A stretch of DNA of 64,000 nt, taken from NCBI GenBank assembly GCA_964436165.1, contig CAYTBY010000001.1, positions 73,452 through 137,451 on the forward strand, written 5' to 3'. The stretch comes from an uncultured Candidatus Saccharibacteria bacterium (GTDB lineage: Bacteria > Patescibacteriota > Minisyncoccia > 2-02-FULL-40-12 > GWA2-44-9). Within the stretch, counting starts at the first letter, position 1. Each line of letters begins with the position of its first letter. This document shows, in pieces, positions 9,656 to 19,842 of this stretch. The notes under the pieces are model-generated. The model had not been told where the DNA came from. It did not search any database and worked only from the letters and a program-made list of their open reading frames with translations. The translations under genes and the position numbers were made by a program.

Positions 9656-9874
9656 ATGTCTAAACCGATAATCTCTAGCGGGATGAGACCAATAATTTGG
9701 GGATTGATATTTTTCGGGATAGGGGCGGTGGGCTGGGTATTCTCGGTTGTTCTGGCGGTTATTACTCTCGGGGCACTTAAATTTTTAACTTATATTTTTG
9801 GGTATTTATTTGCCTTGAGTTTGCCGGTGGCCGGTATTTGGGAACTCATCCGGTGGATTAAGAATAAAAAGTAA
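9656..9874 (+). CDS. Small membrane protein
   Basis: Two hydrophobic helices. Confidence 0.65.
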   Translation: MSKPIISSGMRPIIWGLIFFGIGAVGWVFSVVLAVITLGALKFLTYIFGYLFALSLPVAGIWELIRWIKNKK

Positions 9875-9933
9875 GTTTATTAAATGAATCATCCGCGTCG
9901 AGCCTTATTTAAAAAAGTGATAAACTATATAAT

Positions 9934-11067
9934 ATGAAATTCGAATTAAGCCCTTTTCTCCAAGCCCTAGTCGCTATCCTAATTGTTGTCGGTGGACCCT
10001 TCCTTTTGTTCGGTCCCGGTCCGGTCCAAAGTCCTGTCCAAAATCCGGATACTAGCCCAAATACGGTTGAGCTTAATCTGAATAGTAAAATATACGTCGC
10101 TATTGAAGGAGAGGGCAAAATCTCGGTCATAGATCCCGTGGGACAGAAAGTCGTTAAGAACATCGATCTTTCCGGTTTTATGCCCCACAATGTTCAGGTT
10201 AGTCCGGACAATAAAACCGTCTGGGTTACCGGAAATGCCGCGGCTCATAGTCATTCCATCCGTCTTATTCAATCGGTAAATGCCGAGGGAGATAACCCGG
10301 ATGAAGTAATTGTGATTGATCCCTCTTCAGATAAGGTCATAAAAAGAATACCGATAAGACCGGGAATTCATTTGGCCCATGTTGTACTAACTCCCGATTC
10401 CAGATATGCCTATGTAACAGCTCAGACAGAGGGAGTCATCAATAAGATAGATGCGGTAAGTTTCAGATTGATAAAAAGTATTAAAACCGGAGAAGAAAGC
10501 CAGCCTCACGGATTAAGAATATCGCTTGATGAAAAATATGCCTATGTTGCAATGTTGGGCAGTAGGGCTTTGGGCATACTAGACCTTTCCAATGACAGCT
10601 TTTCTGAGATTTTCCTGGGCGGAGCAGCGGTACAGGCCGGCGTGACTCCGGATAATAAATATGCCGTAGTGTCTCTCTATGACACGAAGCGACTCGCCAT
10701 TTACGATGTTATCGGTAAAAAGATTAATTACGTTGAGCTTCCCGTAAGTGCCAAGGGGCCTATCCAGATGTACTCAACTCCTGATTCGCGTTTCATTTAT
10801 CTTGCCGATCAGGGATATTATTTTGAACAGCCGTCCAGCGAGTGGGTTTATAAAATTGATATGATGGCTAAAAAAGTCGTGAAAGAAATTAAAGCCGGAA
10901 AAGCGCCTCATGGCGTGGTCGTCTCCGGTGACGGAAAATTTGTTTATGTTACTAATCTTTTAAGTGAGGATGTTTCGGTGATAGATACTTCCAGCGATCA
11001 AGAAGTGGGACGGATCAAAGTTGGAAAAGAACCTAATGGTATAAGCGTGTGGAATAAAAATAACTAA
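9934..11067 (+). CDS. YVTN/YncE-type beta-propeller protein, membrane-anchored
   Basis: PHGVVVSGDGKFVYVTN repeats; N-terminal TM. Confidence 0.9.
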   Translation: MKFELSPFLQALVAILIVVGGPFLLFGPGPVQSPVQNPDTSPNTVELNLNSKIYVAIEGEGKISVIDPVGQKVVKNIDLSGFMPHNVQVSPDNKTVWVTGNAAAHSHSIRLIQSVNAEGDNPDEVIVIDPSSDKVIKRIPIRPGIHLAHVVLTPDSRYAYVTAQTEGVINKIDAVSFRLIKSIKTGEESQPHGLRISLDEKYAYVAMLGSRALGILDLSNDSFSEIFLGGAAVQAGVTPDNKYAVVSLYDTKRLAIYDVIGKKINYVELPVSAKGPIQMYSTPDSRFIYLADQGYYFEQPSSEWVYKIDMMAKKVVKEIKAGKAPHGVVVSGDGKFVYVTNLLSEDVSVIDTSSDQEVGRIKVGKEPNGISVWNKNN

Positions 11068-11084
11068 TATAATACAATTAATAC

Positions 11085-11492
11085 ATGACTAATCAAAAAT
11101 TGTTTGAGTGGGCGTTGAGGATAGGCGTGGCCGGAGAATTTATCGGCCATGGGGTTTTTGCCTTGCAGGGCAAAAAGGATTGGATAGGATGGTTTGGAAA
11201 ATTTGGAGTTAATGATCCGGAGATGGCAAAGAATTTGCTATTTCTTATCGGTTTGACGGATTTGGCAGTGGCGGTGTTTGTTTTGATAAAACCGATCAGA
11301 ATTGCCCTTCTTTGGGCGGTGGCATGGGGATTCTGGACGGCGCTGTTGAGGCCGTTAGTCGGCATGCCCGTATGGGATTTTATCGAAAGGTGGGCGAACT
11401 GGGCGGCGCCGTTGGCATTGCTGGCTTTTTACGGATGGCCAAAGGGTTTGAAAAACTGGTTCAGGGTAAAGAATCAAGACATTGTTCAATAA
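11085..11492 (+). CDS. DoxX-like membrane protein
   Basis: LRIGVAGEFIGHG; about 4 TM segments. Confidence 0.7.
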   Translation: MTNQKLFEWALRIGVAGEFIGHGVFALQGKKDWIGWFGKFGVNDPEMAKNLLFLIGLTDLAVAVFVLIKPIRIALLWAVAWGFWTALLRPLVGMPVWDFIERWANWAAPLALLAFYGWPKGLKNWFRVKNQDIVQ

Positions 11493-11512
11493 ACTGTGAA
11501 GTAATATAAATT

Positions 11513-12001
11513 ATGTCCACCGAAAAAGAAAAAAATAAAAAACTGGCCCTCAAATTTTTAAAAGACCATAAAACGGCTGTGATTGCGACGGCCTCAAGAA
11601 GCGGGGAACCGGAAGCGGCGACACTTTTTTACGCTATCGATAATAATTTTACTTTTAGTTTCATGACCGATAAAGAAAGCAGGAAATACAAAAACTTAAA
11701 AGAAAATCCTCATGTTGCGATAGTAGTTGGTACCGGTCCGGACGTTATGTCGGTTCAATGCGGGGGTCATGCCGAAATAATTGATTATCTCAAAGATACG
11801 GATCGGGCCGAAAAGATAATAAGGAAGGTAATAGATAATACTAAACTGCATGGCGGTCCGCCTGCCTTGCCGGTGCTCATGAATCCAGATGTGGAGCTGG
11901 GTGTTTTTACGATAAAGCCGGAATGGATGACGATGCTTAATCTGGAGTATAAAAAAGACCCCGAAGGTTATAAGTCTGAATATTACAAGGTTCTTCCATA
12001 A
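11513..12001 (+). CDS. Pyridoxamine 5'-phosphate oxidase-like FMN-binding protein
   Basis: AVIATAS.GEP, SRKYKNLKENPHVA. Confidence 0.85.
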   Translation: MSTEKEKNKKLALKFLKDHKTAVIATASRSGEPEAATLFYAIDNNFTFSFMTDKESRKYKNLKENPHVAIVVGTGPDVMSVQCGGHAEIIDYLKDTDRAEKIIRKVIDNTKLHGGPPALPVLMNPDVELGVFTIKPEWMTMLNLEYKKDPEGYKSEYYKVLP

Positions 12002-12145
12002 TTTAACTTAGGAACTGGCTCGGATAAAGAAGTGAGTTAAAGACCGTCTTTCGATTGATTTCGGGGCGGTTTTTGTCTGGACAAATAAAAAAATATAGGA
12101 TAGAACTCAGATAGTTTTCGGCGTTCTTTGAAAAGGCGGTTCAAA

Positions 12146-13279
12146 TTGGACAACGTTAAAATTGCAGTCGAACTCCACGGGCATCAGCCTTTTTGGCAGC
12201 CTCGAAACATTATCGAGCAAATTTCCGGTGAATGTTACGATCCTATATTTAGTCTTGTGGAGGAAATCGACGGTTTTTGTTTCACGGTAAATACAAATCT
12301 CTGTCTCCTGGAACATTTGGAGAAATATCGTCTCGATGTCTTGGAAAAATTCAAAAGAATGGTTCAAGCTAAAAAGCTTGAGCTTGTGGCCTCAACGGCC
12401 CATCATCCCATTATGCCTTTGATACCAGAATCTGTTCAGATAATGCAGATAGAAGAGGATCTGAGAAAAAAGGAAGAACGTTTTGGCATTAAGCATACTT
12501 GTCAGGGCTTTTTCCTGCCCGAAATGGCTTTCTCGGCAAATATTGTCGAACTTTTAAAAAGCTATAAATATCGATGGACAGTTATCGACGATGTGCCGTT
12601 TGGGGCCCACTATGGTAAAAACTCGGTGCCGTTTAATAAAATAGTAAGTTTGAAAGGCTTTAAAGTATTCATGCGTTCTAACTATTGGAGCAATATGATA
12701 TCGTCGGGTAAATTTTCTTTTTGGGATATAAAAAACATGATGGAATCCCAACTTCCCAACTGGACGGGTAATGTTCCGGCGTATATCATCATTGCCATGG
12801 ATATCGAGACTTTCGGCCATCACCATCATCATTTGATAGATATGTTTTTAAGGCCGATGCTGAAAGAATGGGCGGGGAATAAAATTGTTTCCATCGAATC
12901 CCTTATTCCGGATTTCCAGGAAAGGAAGGTTCATTATCTGCCTGATGGTTCTTGGTCAACATCAATCGAGGATATCGAAAGAAACAATCCTTATCCTTTG
13001 TGGAGCGGTTTCAGCAGGAATCGTTACTTTCTTTGGAAGCTGGTCAATACCGCTCTTGAACATTTAGAGCAGGCTCCGGAGGATTGTCTTAAAATAACCA
13101 CTTCCTGTCATTGGTGGTGGATATCAAGGTCAGGCAACGAGCCGGACTTTATGAAAAAAGGCGCCGAGTTAGCCATGGATATCCTAAGAAAATATGGAAC
13201 CCAAGAAGAAAAGGCATCAGTTCAGGAGTGTTACGATAAACTGATGAAAGTTACGAAAGTTTTTGTAAATAATGATTAG
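12146..13279 (+). CDS. Glycoside hydrolase family 57 protein
   Basis: HGHQP, HPIMPL, GFFLPEMAF, DIETFGHH, SWS; start uncertain (12128 or 12146). Confidence 0.88.
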   Translation: MDNVKIAVELHGHQPFWQPRNIIEQISGECYDPIFSLVEEIDGFCFTVNTNLCLLEHLEKYRLDVLEKFKRMVQAKKLELVASTAHHPIMPLIPESVQIMQIEEDLRKKEERFGIKHTCQGFFLPEMAFSANIVELLKSYKYRWTVIDDVPFGAHYGKNSVPFNKIVSLKGFKVFMRSNYWSNMISSGKFSFWDIKNMMESQLPNWTGNVPAYIIIAMDIETFGHHHHHLIDMFLRPMLKEWAGNKIVSIESLIPDFQERKVHYLPDGSWSTSIEDIERNNPYPLWSGFSRNRYFLWKLVNTALEHLEQAPEDCLKITTSCHWWWISRSGNEPDFMKKGAELAMDILRKYGTQEEKASVQECYDKLMKVTKVFVNND

Positions 13280-13377
13280 GACCTCTAATTTGCCATATTG
13301 GTTTTAAAAAATTTAAAAAGTAATCCACGGGACAGAAACCGTGGATTTTTATTTTGTAAAATGTTTTAATTAAATTT

Positions 13378-14394
13378 ATGAAGAAAAAGAGAGAGATACT
13401 AGTGGCGATTAGCGGCGGTTTTGACCCAATTCATATTGGGCATGTTCGGTTAATACAGGAAGCTGGGAAATTAGGAAATAGACTGGTAGTAATTTTGAAT
13501 AATGATAATTGGCTCAAGAAAAAGAAGACCCATATTTTTATGCATCAAAAAGAGAGGAAGGAGATAATCGAATCAATTGAGGGAGTCGATGAGGTTATAA
13601 TCTCAAGCCATCCTAAAAACCCTAAAGATATGAGCGTCTCGAAGGAAATTTTAAAAATTAAACCCGATATTTTTGCTAATGGTGGAGATAGAAAGGAAGA
13701 AAAAGATATTTTGGAAGGAGAGGCCTGTCGTAAGGTCGGATGCAAGTTGGTTTTTAATGTTGGCCAGGGTGGAAAAATTCAGTCCAGTTCTTGGCTCTTA
13801 ACCAAATATGTCAACAAACTAAAGCCGGTTAGAAAATTAAATATTAATAAGATACTGAACGAACTGAGGATTGTATTTAGGAAATCCAAAATAAAATTTC
13901 CTGAAAAATTACGAATAAAAACATCGAAAATAATCCTTAGATTAATGAATCGTCGTCGGGGATTCGGTCTCTTTATAATTATCGGCTGGCAGGATAAGTG
14001 GCGTAAGTATACCGACTTGCCCGATTCAAGGCAGGATATTTATGTCAGGCACCATCAGAATATTTTAAAACACTACCACAGTCACAAACACGACATTGAA
14101 ACAACCGTTAATTTTGACGGAGCAATTCTTGTCGATAAGAGGGGCAACATTGTTCATTCCGGGATTATTATCGAGGGCTTAAGGCCGGGAGTAATTGCCG
14201 ATAAAATACGTCCTGGCCACTTTAAAGATCTTTCGGAGCAGTTTGGTTTTGGCGAAAAAGTCCACTCTCGGCACTTATCGGCCATAACTTGTTCCTATAT
14301 TTTTAAAGGAACAACGGTCATGACCGTTTCCGAAGAAAATGATTCTTTTCATGTCTTTGAAGGCGGGAGGATAATTTATAAAACTCACAATTAA
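13378..14394 (+). CDS. Cytidylyltransferase-like (HIGH) domain fused to diadenylate-cyclase (DisA_N)-like domain
   Basis: N-terminal SGGFDPIHIGH, NGGDR, KIQSSS; C-terminal FDGAILV, SRHLSA, VSEE. Confidence 0.8.
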   Translation: MKKKREILVAISGGFDPIHIGHVRLIQEAGKLGNRLVVILNNDNWLKKKKTHIFMHQKERKEIIESIEGVDEVIISSHPKNPKDMSVSKEILKIKPDIFANGGDRKEEKDILEGEACRKVGCKLVFNVGQGGKIQSSSWLLTKYVNKLKPVRKLNINKILNELRIVFRKSKIKFPEKLRIKTSKIILRLMNRRRGFGLFIIIGWQDKWRKYTDLPDSRQDIYVRHHQNILKHYHSHKHDIETTVNFDGAILVDKRGNIVHSGIIIEGLRPGVIADKIRPGHFKDLSEQFGFGEKVHSRHLSAITCSYIFKGTTVMTVSEENDSFHVFEGGRIIYKTHN

Positions 14395-14457
14395 AATGTT
14401 TTGACTCCTGTTGTTTTTTATTGTATTCTCTAGCTCAAGAACCTTTACACTTAAAGG

Positions 14458-15975
14458 GTGTTAACTATGCAGGCTTTGGAACTATCGCGATGGCCGACCT
14501 TGCAGATTGGCAAGAGTCCGCCGGGGAAGTCGGTCGATATTTTTATTGTTGATTCAGCCAATATCCCACCCGATATTGAAAAGATGATCAAGAGTTCTAA
14601 GCTGTCTTGGAGTAATAAAGGTAATAATCTGATTGTTGCTAAGGATGTTGACTTCGTAAAGATCTTTGCGCCCATCAACTCTAAAAGTCCGAGGAGTCAG
14701 AGAGGAATTCTAAATAGGCTTCTTGAGAAATTTAAATTACTATGTCGGGAAGATTATGCTTTTGATGGATGTAATTTTGACATTCGAACCGATCTATTTA
14801 AGACGGAAGTGCTTGAATCATTCATGCTTGCTTTATATGAATTCTCGTGTTTTAAATCTGAGAAGAACTTGATCAAAGATATCTTTGTGTCTGGTGATCT
14901 GTCGGATGAGGAAATGAGAAGGATAAATAAAATTATTGCGATTCTGCCTTGGGTTTATTTCGTGCAAGATATGGTAAATTATCCTCCAAATTTCAAGCCG
15001 CCGGAAATTTTAGCTGAAACGATAAAAAAGCAACTTCGAGATTTGCCCGATATAAAAATAAATGAATGGGAAGGGGATTCTCTTCGGGATAAGTTTGATC
15101 CTGTTTGGAATGTGGGCAAGGGCTCAGATAATAAGCCGGTGGTTTTAAAAATAGAATATCTTTCCGAAAAACCCGTTAATGCTCAGCCGGTAGTTCTTGT
15201 AGGCAAGGGGGTTTGTTTTGATTCTGGCGGTATGAATGCAAAGATTAATGAAACTTTGGCAGAAATGAAGTTAGATATGGCCGGTGCTGCGGCTGTTGCT
15301 GGTATCTGCGGTTATATTGCTTCACAAAAATGGCCTGTCCATATAGTTGCTTACCTTCCTTTGGTTGAGAATCTACTCGATTCAAGATCCATCAAAGCCT
15401 CAGATGTCGTTTCCTTGCCTACCGTCGTCGACCCCAAAGATAAAAAGGATTTTGAATATATTGAAGTAGTAGATACTGACGCAGAAGGACGTCTTCTCCT
15501 GTGCGCTATGGTAAATCATGCCAGATTATACAACAACCCAGATTTAATAGTTACTGTTGCTACTCTTTGTGGAACGACCGAGGGCATGCTTGGCTCATAT
15601 GCCGCCGCCGCTGTTTCTAAGGTGAAAAAACTTCTAGAAGATATTGAAGCTGCCGGTGTAGCTACGGATGAGAATTATGCTTCTGTTCGGGTGAGTCCTG
15701 ATATGCTCGATGAATGCCAGACCGACATGGAAGGTGAAATTACAGACTGGAAAAATTATAGTAATTCTATTGATAGCGGCGATACCTTGATGGCGTTTGG
15801 ATTAATACAGCATTTTGCGGAAAATGTACCCTTTCTTCACCTAGATATATGTGGAGTAGCATTGTTGAAAGACAGTGTTATATATAAGTCAAAAAAAAGA
15901 AGGCCGAATGGCGCTTCTGGGTGGGGAGTGAGATCGGTTTCTGAGTTTTTAAAGAGACATTTTAACCTAACGTAA
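14458..15975 (+). CDS. pepA: Leucyl aminopeptidase (M17)
   Basis: VGKGVCFDSGG, MKLDMAGAA, DTDAEGRL, LHLDI. Confidence 0.9.
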   Translation: MLTMQALELSRWPTLQIGKSPPGKSVDIFIVDSANIPPDIEKMIKSSKLSWSNKGNNLIVAKDVDFVKIFAPINSKSPRSQRGILNRLLEKFKLLCREDYAFDGCNFDIRTDLFKTEVLESFMLALYEFSCFKSEKNLIKDIFVSGDLSDEEMRRINKIIAILPWVYFVQDMVNYPPNFKPPEILAETIKKQLRDLPDIKINEWEGDSLRDKFDPVWNVGKGSDNKPVVLKIEYLSEKPVNAQPVVLVGKGVCFDSGGMNAKINETLAEMKLDMAGAAAVAGICGYIASQKWPVHIVAYLPLVENLLDSRSIKASDVVSLPTVVDPKDKKDFEYIEVVDTDAEGRLLLCAMVNHARLYNNPDLIVTVATLCGTTEGMLGSYAAAAVSKVKKLLEDIEAAGVATDENYASVRVSPDMLDECQTDMEGEITDWKNYSNSIDSGDTLMAFGLIQHFAENVPFLHLDICGVALLKDSVIYKSKKRRPNGASGWGVRSVSEFLKRHFNLT

Positions 15976-16031
15976 GGCCGGCCCAATAGGCCGGTTTTGT
16001 TTTTTATAATTTATTAATGTACAATAATTTT

Positions 16032-16769
16032 ATGTCCAAAGTTGGAACTCTTAAAATTTCACGGAGTGGGTTAAAGCTATTTCTCGAATGTCCGAGGTGT
16101 TTTTGGCTGGATTTGCACCACAAGATTAAAAGGCCGCCCGGATATCCGTATACTTTATCGGCGGCGGTGGATTACTTAGTAAAGAGGGAGTTTGATAAAT
16201 TTAGAGTGGAAGGGACCTTGCCCCCGGTTCTCACCCTGAGCGGAGTCGAAGGGTTAAAAGGTGCTAAGCTTTATGCTGGCGATAATCTTGCCGAGTGGAG
16301 AAATAATTTTAAAGGTATCTCATATTTTGATGAGTCGCTTAATGCAAATTTGTATGGCGCGGTTGACGATGTTTTAGAATTTAAAGACGGGTCATTGGCG
16401 GTTATCGATTATAAATCTTCCGGTTCAAAAGAGATAACTATTTACGATGACTATCAGAAACAGATGGATGTCTATAATTATATTCTTCAGCAGTTGGGCT
16501 ACGAAACATATCCCGAAGCATTTTTTGTTTTCTATCAGGTCATCAAAGAAGGGGAGGATGGTTTTCAAAACGCTTTAAAATTTAAAGAACAGGTAAAAGC
16601 GGTCAAGGTTAATAAGGATTGGGTGGGTCCGGCCTTTGAAGCGGCGGTAGAACTTGCCAGACAGGATTCGCCTCCGGCTCAAAGCGGAAATTCCCAAAAA
16701 CACTGCGACCATTGCCATTACGTCGAGCTGGCCTCTCAATTTAAAATGATCCCAGATTTGAATATTTAA
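16032..16769 (+). CDS. PD-(D/E)XK nuclease (RecB/Cas4-like, Cys-containing)
   Basis: ECPRCF, GAVDD, IDYKS, QMDVY, CDHC; contains insert LTLSGVEG. Confidence 0.88.
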   Translation: MSKVGTLKISRSGLKLFLECPRCFWLDLHHKIKRPPGYPYTLSAAVDYLVKREFDKFRVEGTLPPVLTLSGVEGLKGAKLYAGDNLAEWRNNFKGISYFDESLNANLYGAVDDVLEFKDGSLAVIDYKSSGSKEITIYDDYQKQMDVYNYILQQLGYETYPEAFFVFYQVIKEGEDGFQNALKFKEQVKAVKVNKDWVGPAFEAAVELARQDSPPAQSGNSQKHCDHCHYVELASQFKMIPDLNI

Positions 16770-16770
16770 A

Positions 16771-16793
16771 AAAGCGTCCTCGCGGGACGCTTT
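16771..16793. terminator. Bidirectional intrinsic terminator
   Basis: aaagcgtcc-tcgcg-ggacgcttt between convergent genes. Confidence 0.7.
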
Positions 16794-16799
16794 AGCAGC

Positions 16800-17474
16800 C
16801 TATCGATTAAAGTTTGCTATTTGTCGGTTAAGCCGAATTTCTTTCTTTTCTTCAGCTAAGTTTCGGCTTATCAGCTGATTAATTTCTTGGTGGGCTTTCA
16901 GGAGATCAACACCAGCTTGATGTTCGCTTGCCTTTAATTCTTCAACTTCGGATTGAAGTTCCTTGTTCTTGGCTTCGAGGGTTTCTTTTTGCTTTAAGGC
17001 CTCAAGAAGCTGCTCTCTAAGATTATTGTTATCAATCTTGGTTTGATTTAGTTTCGCCAGGCATTCAGTAAGGGTCTTTGCCAACTCCACATCGTCTCGA
17101 ACTTTCACACGGTGATTTCTCGGTTTTTCTGTCTCGTCAGAAGCCGTACCGACATTATCATTCATCCCTTTTCTTTTTAGGGCCGTTTTCCATGAATTGC
17201 CATCTTCGTATCCCTCCGCAAGGGCCAAGGATTTAGGCTGGCTGGAGCCTGGCACAAAATTTCCTCTCTTAAGAACAAGGATGTGGTGCTCCAAGAACTT
17301 CCTTAGGTTGATCGTAATTGACACCTGGGAAGCCCCTATAGCTTTTGCCAATTGTTTAGTGGTTGTTTCAAATCCGTTGCTAGACGAAACAGCACATTCT
17401 TTTCTCAAATAATTAATGATACTCTCGGCAACATTCTTGTGGTGTGTTTTCCTGGATGGCCGTGATTCTTGCAT
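16800..17474 (-). CDS. Hypothetical protein, N-terminal HTH-like + C-terminal coiled coil
   Basis: TTKQLAKAIGASQVSIT; heptad-rich C-terminus; own promoter and AAGGAGG SD. Confidence 0.75.
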   Translation of the reverse strand: MQESRPSRKTHHKNVAESIINYLRKECAVSSSNGFETTTKQLAKAIGASQVSITINLRKFLEHHILVLKRGNFVPGSSQPKSLALAEGYEDGNSWKTALKRKGMNDNVGTASDETEKPRNHRVKVRDDVELAKTLTECLAKLNQTKIDNNNLREQLLEALKQKETLEAKNKELQSEVEELKASEHQAGVDLLKAHQEINQLISRNLAEEKKEIRLNRQIANFNR

Positions 17475-17583
17475 CAGATCCTCCTTGGGGAAGAGTGTTA
17501 AGGAACCCGAATCCTTATATTATACACGAGCTATAATATAAGTCAAGATCTATTGTCGGTGTAAATTGTGTTAAAATTCTACT

Positions 17584-19023
17584 ATGGCTAAAACACCTAA
17601 ATTATTTGCCGATCATTTTTATAAATTTTTCCAATGTCCGCATTGGATTTGGTACGACATCTATGCCGATGCGACCCAGAAAAAGAAAACCCCGGCGATA
17701 ATTGATATGATATATAAAGGCAAAGTTGCTAACGGAGCTAACATTCTGCGTGAGCATAAAAAATTCGAAGAAATAAAACCCGAGCTTTTACACGATCTGG
17801 AAGAAGCGTTTCTAGCTACTCTTGAAATGATGAAGCAAGGGAAAAATATTTATCATGGCGTCTTAATGCACGAGGATTGGGCGGGGATGCCGGATCTGCT
17901 TGAGGCAAGGCCAGGCAAGTCTAAACTCGGCGATTGGTACTATGTTGTCTATGATGTCCAGGCGTCTCTTGATCTTCGCGATGAGTATAAATTCCAATTA
18001 ATTTTTTACAGTTTAATTCTTGAACGTCTTCAGGGGGTCCGGCCAAAAGAGGCTTATGTTATTGATCCCCAGGGTAATGAGCGGTCTTTTAAAGTAGATG
18101 AATTTGTGGACCAGTTTCATCTGACCCGCGAGCAAATCGAAAAAATCTTGGATGGCGAGAAGCCGGCGCCATTTATTAAATCGACCTGCAAGAAAACCCC
18201 CTGGTATTCTCTTTGTTTCTCCGATGCCAAGGAGTGTAATGACGTTTCTCTGATATTTCGTTTGAGCCAGGCCGATCAAAGGCGATTATATGGTATTGGC
18301 ATTAAAACGGTTAGTGACTTGTCGGGAGCTGATGTGAATGAACTTCAGAATAAGCTAGAGGATTGGTCTTTTGATAAAATTGTCCGCTTTGTAAATCAAG
18401 CCAAAGCCCTTACAAATTATCAGCCGATGGTTTTGCGGAAGCCAATTTTTCCAGAGGTTGAACATGAAATATATTTTGATATCGAAGCCGATCCGACCAG
18501 GGACATCGATTACTTGTTGGGCTATTTGGTGAAAAGCAAGGACGGGGTTAAGTATAATTATTTCTTAGCTAATGATAAAAGCGAAGAAGAGGTGATTTGG
18601 AAAAAGTTCTTGGATTTCTTGGCCAAGCTCGATAATTTCGTTATTTATCATTATGCTTTTTATGAAAGGCAGGTTTTTGACCGCCTCGTTCTTAGATATG
18701 GCGCCCCCACGGTTTTAATCGAAAAATTTAAAGAAAACACTATAGATCTTTATAATAAAACAGTTGATACGGCTGTTCTGCCATTGTATTTTTATAGCCT
18801 AAAAGATGTGGCCGGATACCTCGGCTACAAATGGGATGATCCTACAGCCGGCGGAGCCGAATCTGTTGTCTGGTACAATGATTGGTTAGATAAGCGTGAT
18901 CCCGTGATTATGAAAAAAATCTTAAAATACAACGAAGACGATGTCCGGGCGACCCTCTTGATCAAAGAGTGGCTCGTGAACCAGAAACCCTCAAAACGAA
19001 GGGAAAAGCTGGACGAAGAATAA
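17584..19023 (+). CDS. TM0106-family RecB-like nuclease with C-terminal RNase H-like domain
   Basis: GMPDLL, IYFDIEAD, YSLKDVA, YNEDDVRAT. Confidence 0.88.
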   Translation: MAKTPKLFADHFYKFFQCPHWIWYDIYADATQKKKTPAIIDMIYKGKVANGANILREHKKFEEIKPELLHDLEEAFLATLEMMKQGKNIYHGVLMHEDWAGMPDLLEARPGKSKLGDWYYVVYDVQASLDLRDEYKFQLIFYSLILERLQGVRPKEAYVIDPQGNERSFKVDEFVDQFHLTREQIEKILDGEKPAPFIKSTCKKTPWYSLCFSDAKECNDVSLIFRLSQADQRRLYGIGIKTVSDLSGADVNELQNKLEDWSFDKIVRFVNQAKALTNYQPMVLRKPIFPEVEHEIYFDIEADPTRDIDYLLGYLVKSKDGVKYNYFLANDKSEEEVIWKKFLDFLAKLDNFVIYHYAFYERQVFDRLVLRYGAPTVLIEKFKENTIDLYNKTVDTAVLPLYFYSLKDVAGYLGYKWDDPTAGGAESVVWYNDWLDKRDPVIMKKILKYNEDDVRATLLIKEWLVNQKPSKRREKLDEE

Positions 19024-19142
19024 ATTTAATCATTACATTAAGTATAGAGTCCTGCAACGGGACTTAAATTTTATTTGACAAAAATATAAAAATAGAGTAT
19101 AAAAATATAGATTGTATTGATATGGAAAGAGGTCTTTAACAC

Positions 19143-19739
19143 ATGGGTTCAAATAAAAACCTGCAAGCCGTAGGCAATCTATCCGGGCATGAAATTATCG
19201 GGACGAGGCAGTTGGGTGAATGGCCGAAAGATGAGATGGTGCGCCTTTGGGTCAGCGTATCTTCCGGAATCGTAAAGTATGGATTTACGATAGAGTATCG
19301 TGATCTAGAGTCGCCTCGCACGGGCATATTCGATGGAATAAGAATAGTCATCGACCCAGACGTGGGGTTTGAGATGCAGTGTTTTCTTCTTCTGCACCTT
19401 TTTGGTCATTCAGTTCAATGGGTTGCTCCATCGCTTGAACATAAGCTTGGAGAACTGCAGAATACGCAGGACCAGAAGCGCTTTATGCAAGTCTTGCACG
19501 ACTACGAGTTCGAAGCGGCTAGCTTTGGTATGCAGCTTATTCGAGAGGTTGGTGTCAAGGGTCTTGATCAATGGTACAGTGATTTTGTAGCAACTGACTG
19601 GAGATATGTCGAGGGATATTATCAAACAGGTTCGTTGCCAGATTGGAAAACTTGCATAGTCCGCGACTGTCCTACTATCTTGCCGGCGCCGATTCCGAAA
19701 CTACGGCATCGTCAAGTTGAAGTACGATTTGCTTTTTAA
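19143..19739 (+). CDS. Hypothetical protein with zincin-like HLFGH motif
   Basis: GIFDG, LLHLFGHSVQW, YEFEA; own TTGACA promoter. Confidence 0.75.
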   Translation: MGSNKNLQAVGNLSGHEIIGTRQLGEWPKDEMVRLWVSVSSGIVKYGFTIEYRDLESPRTGIFDGIRIVIDPDVGFEMQCFLLLHLFGHSVQWVAPSLEHKLGELQNTQDQKRFMQVLHDYEFEAASFGMQLIREVGVKGLDQWYSDFVATDWRYVEGYYQTGSLPDWKTCIVRDCPTILPAPIPKLRHRQVEVRFAF

Positions 19740-19842
19740 ATAGCCGCTGCTTGGTCAAGCAGCTTTTTGTTTCGGTTGACAAAAATCTTTATTTAATTTA
19801 TTATATTATTGGTTCATTTCCAAACAAAACGAAGGAGAAGCT

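Noticed and set aside
16032-16769. Cas4 of a CRISPR system
   Set aside because: Solo PD-(D/E)XK nuclease with no cas neighbours.
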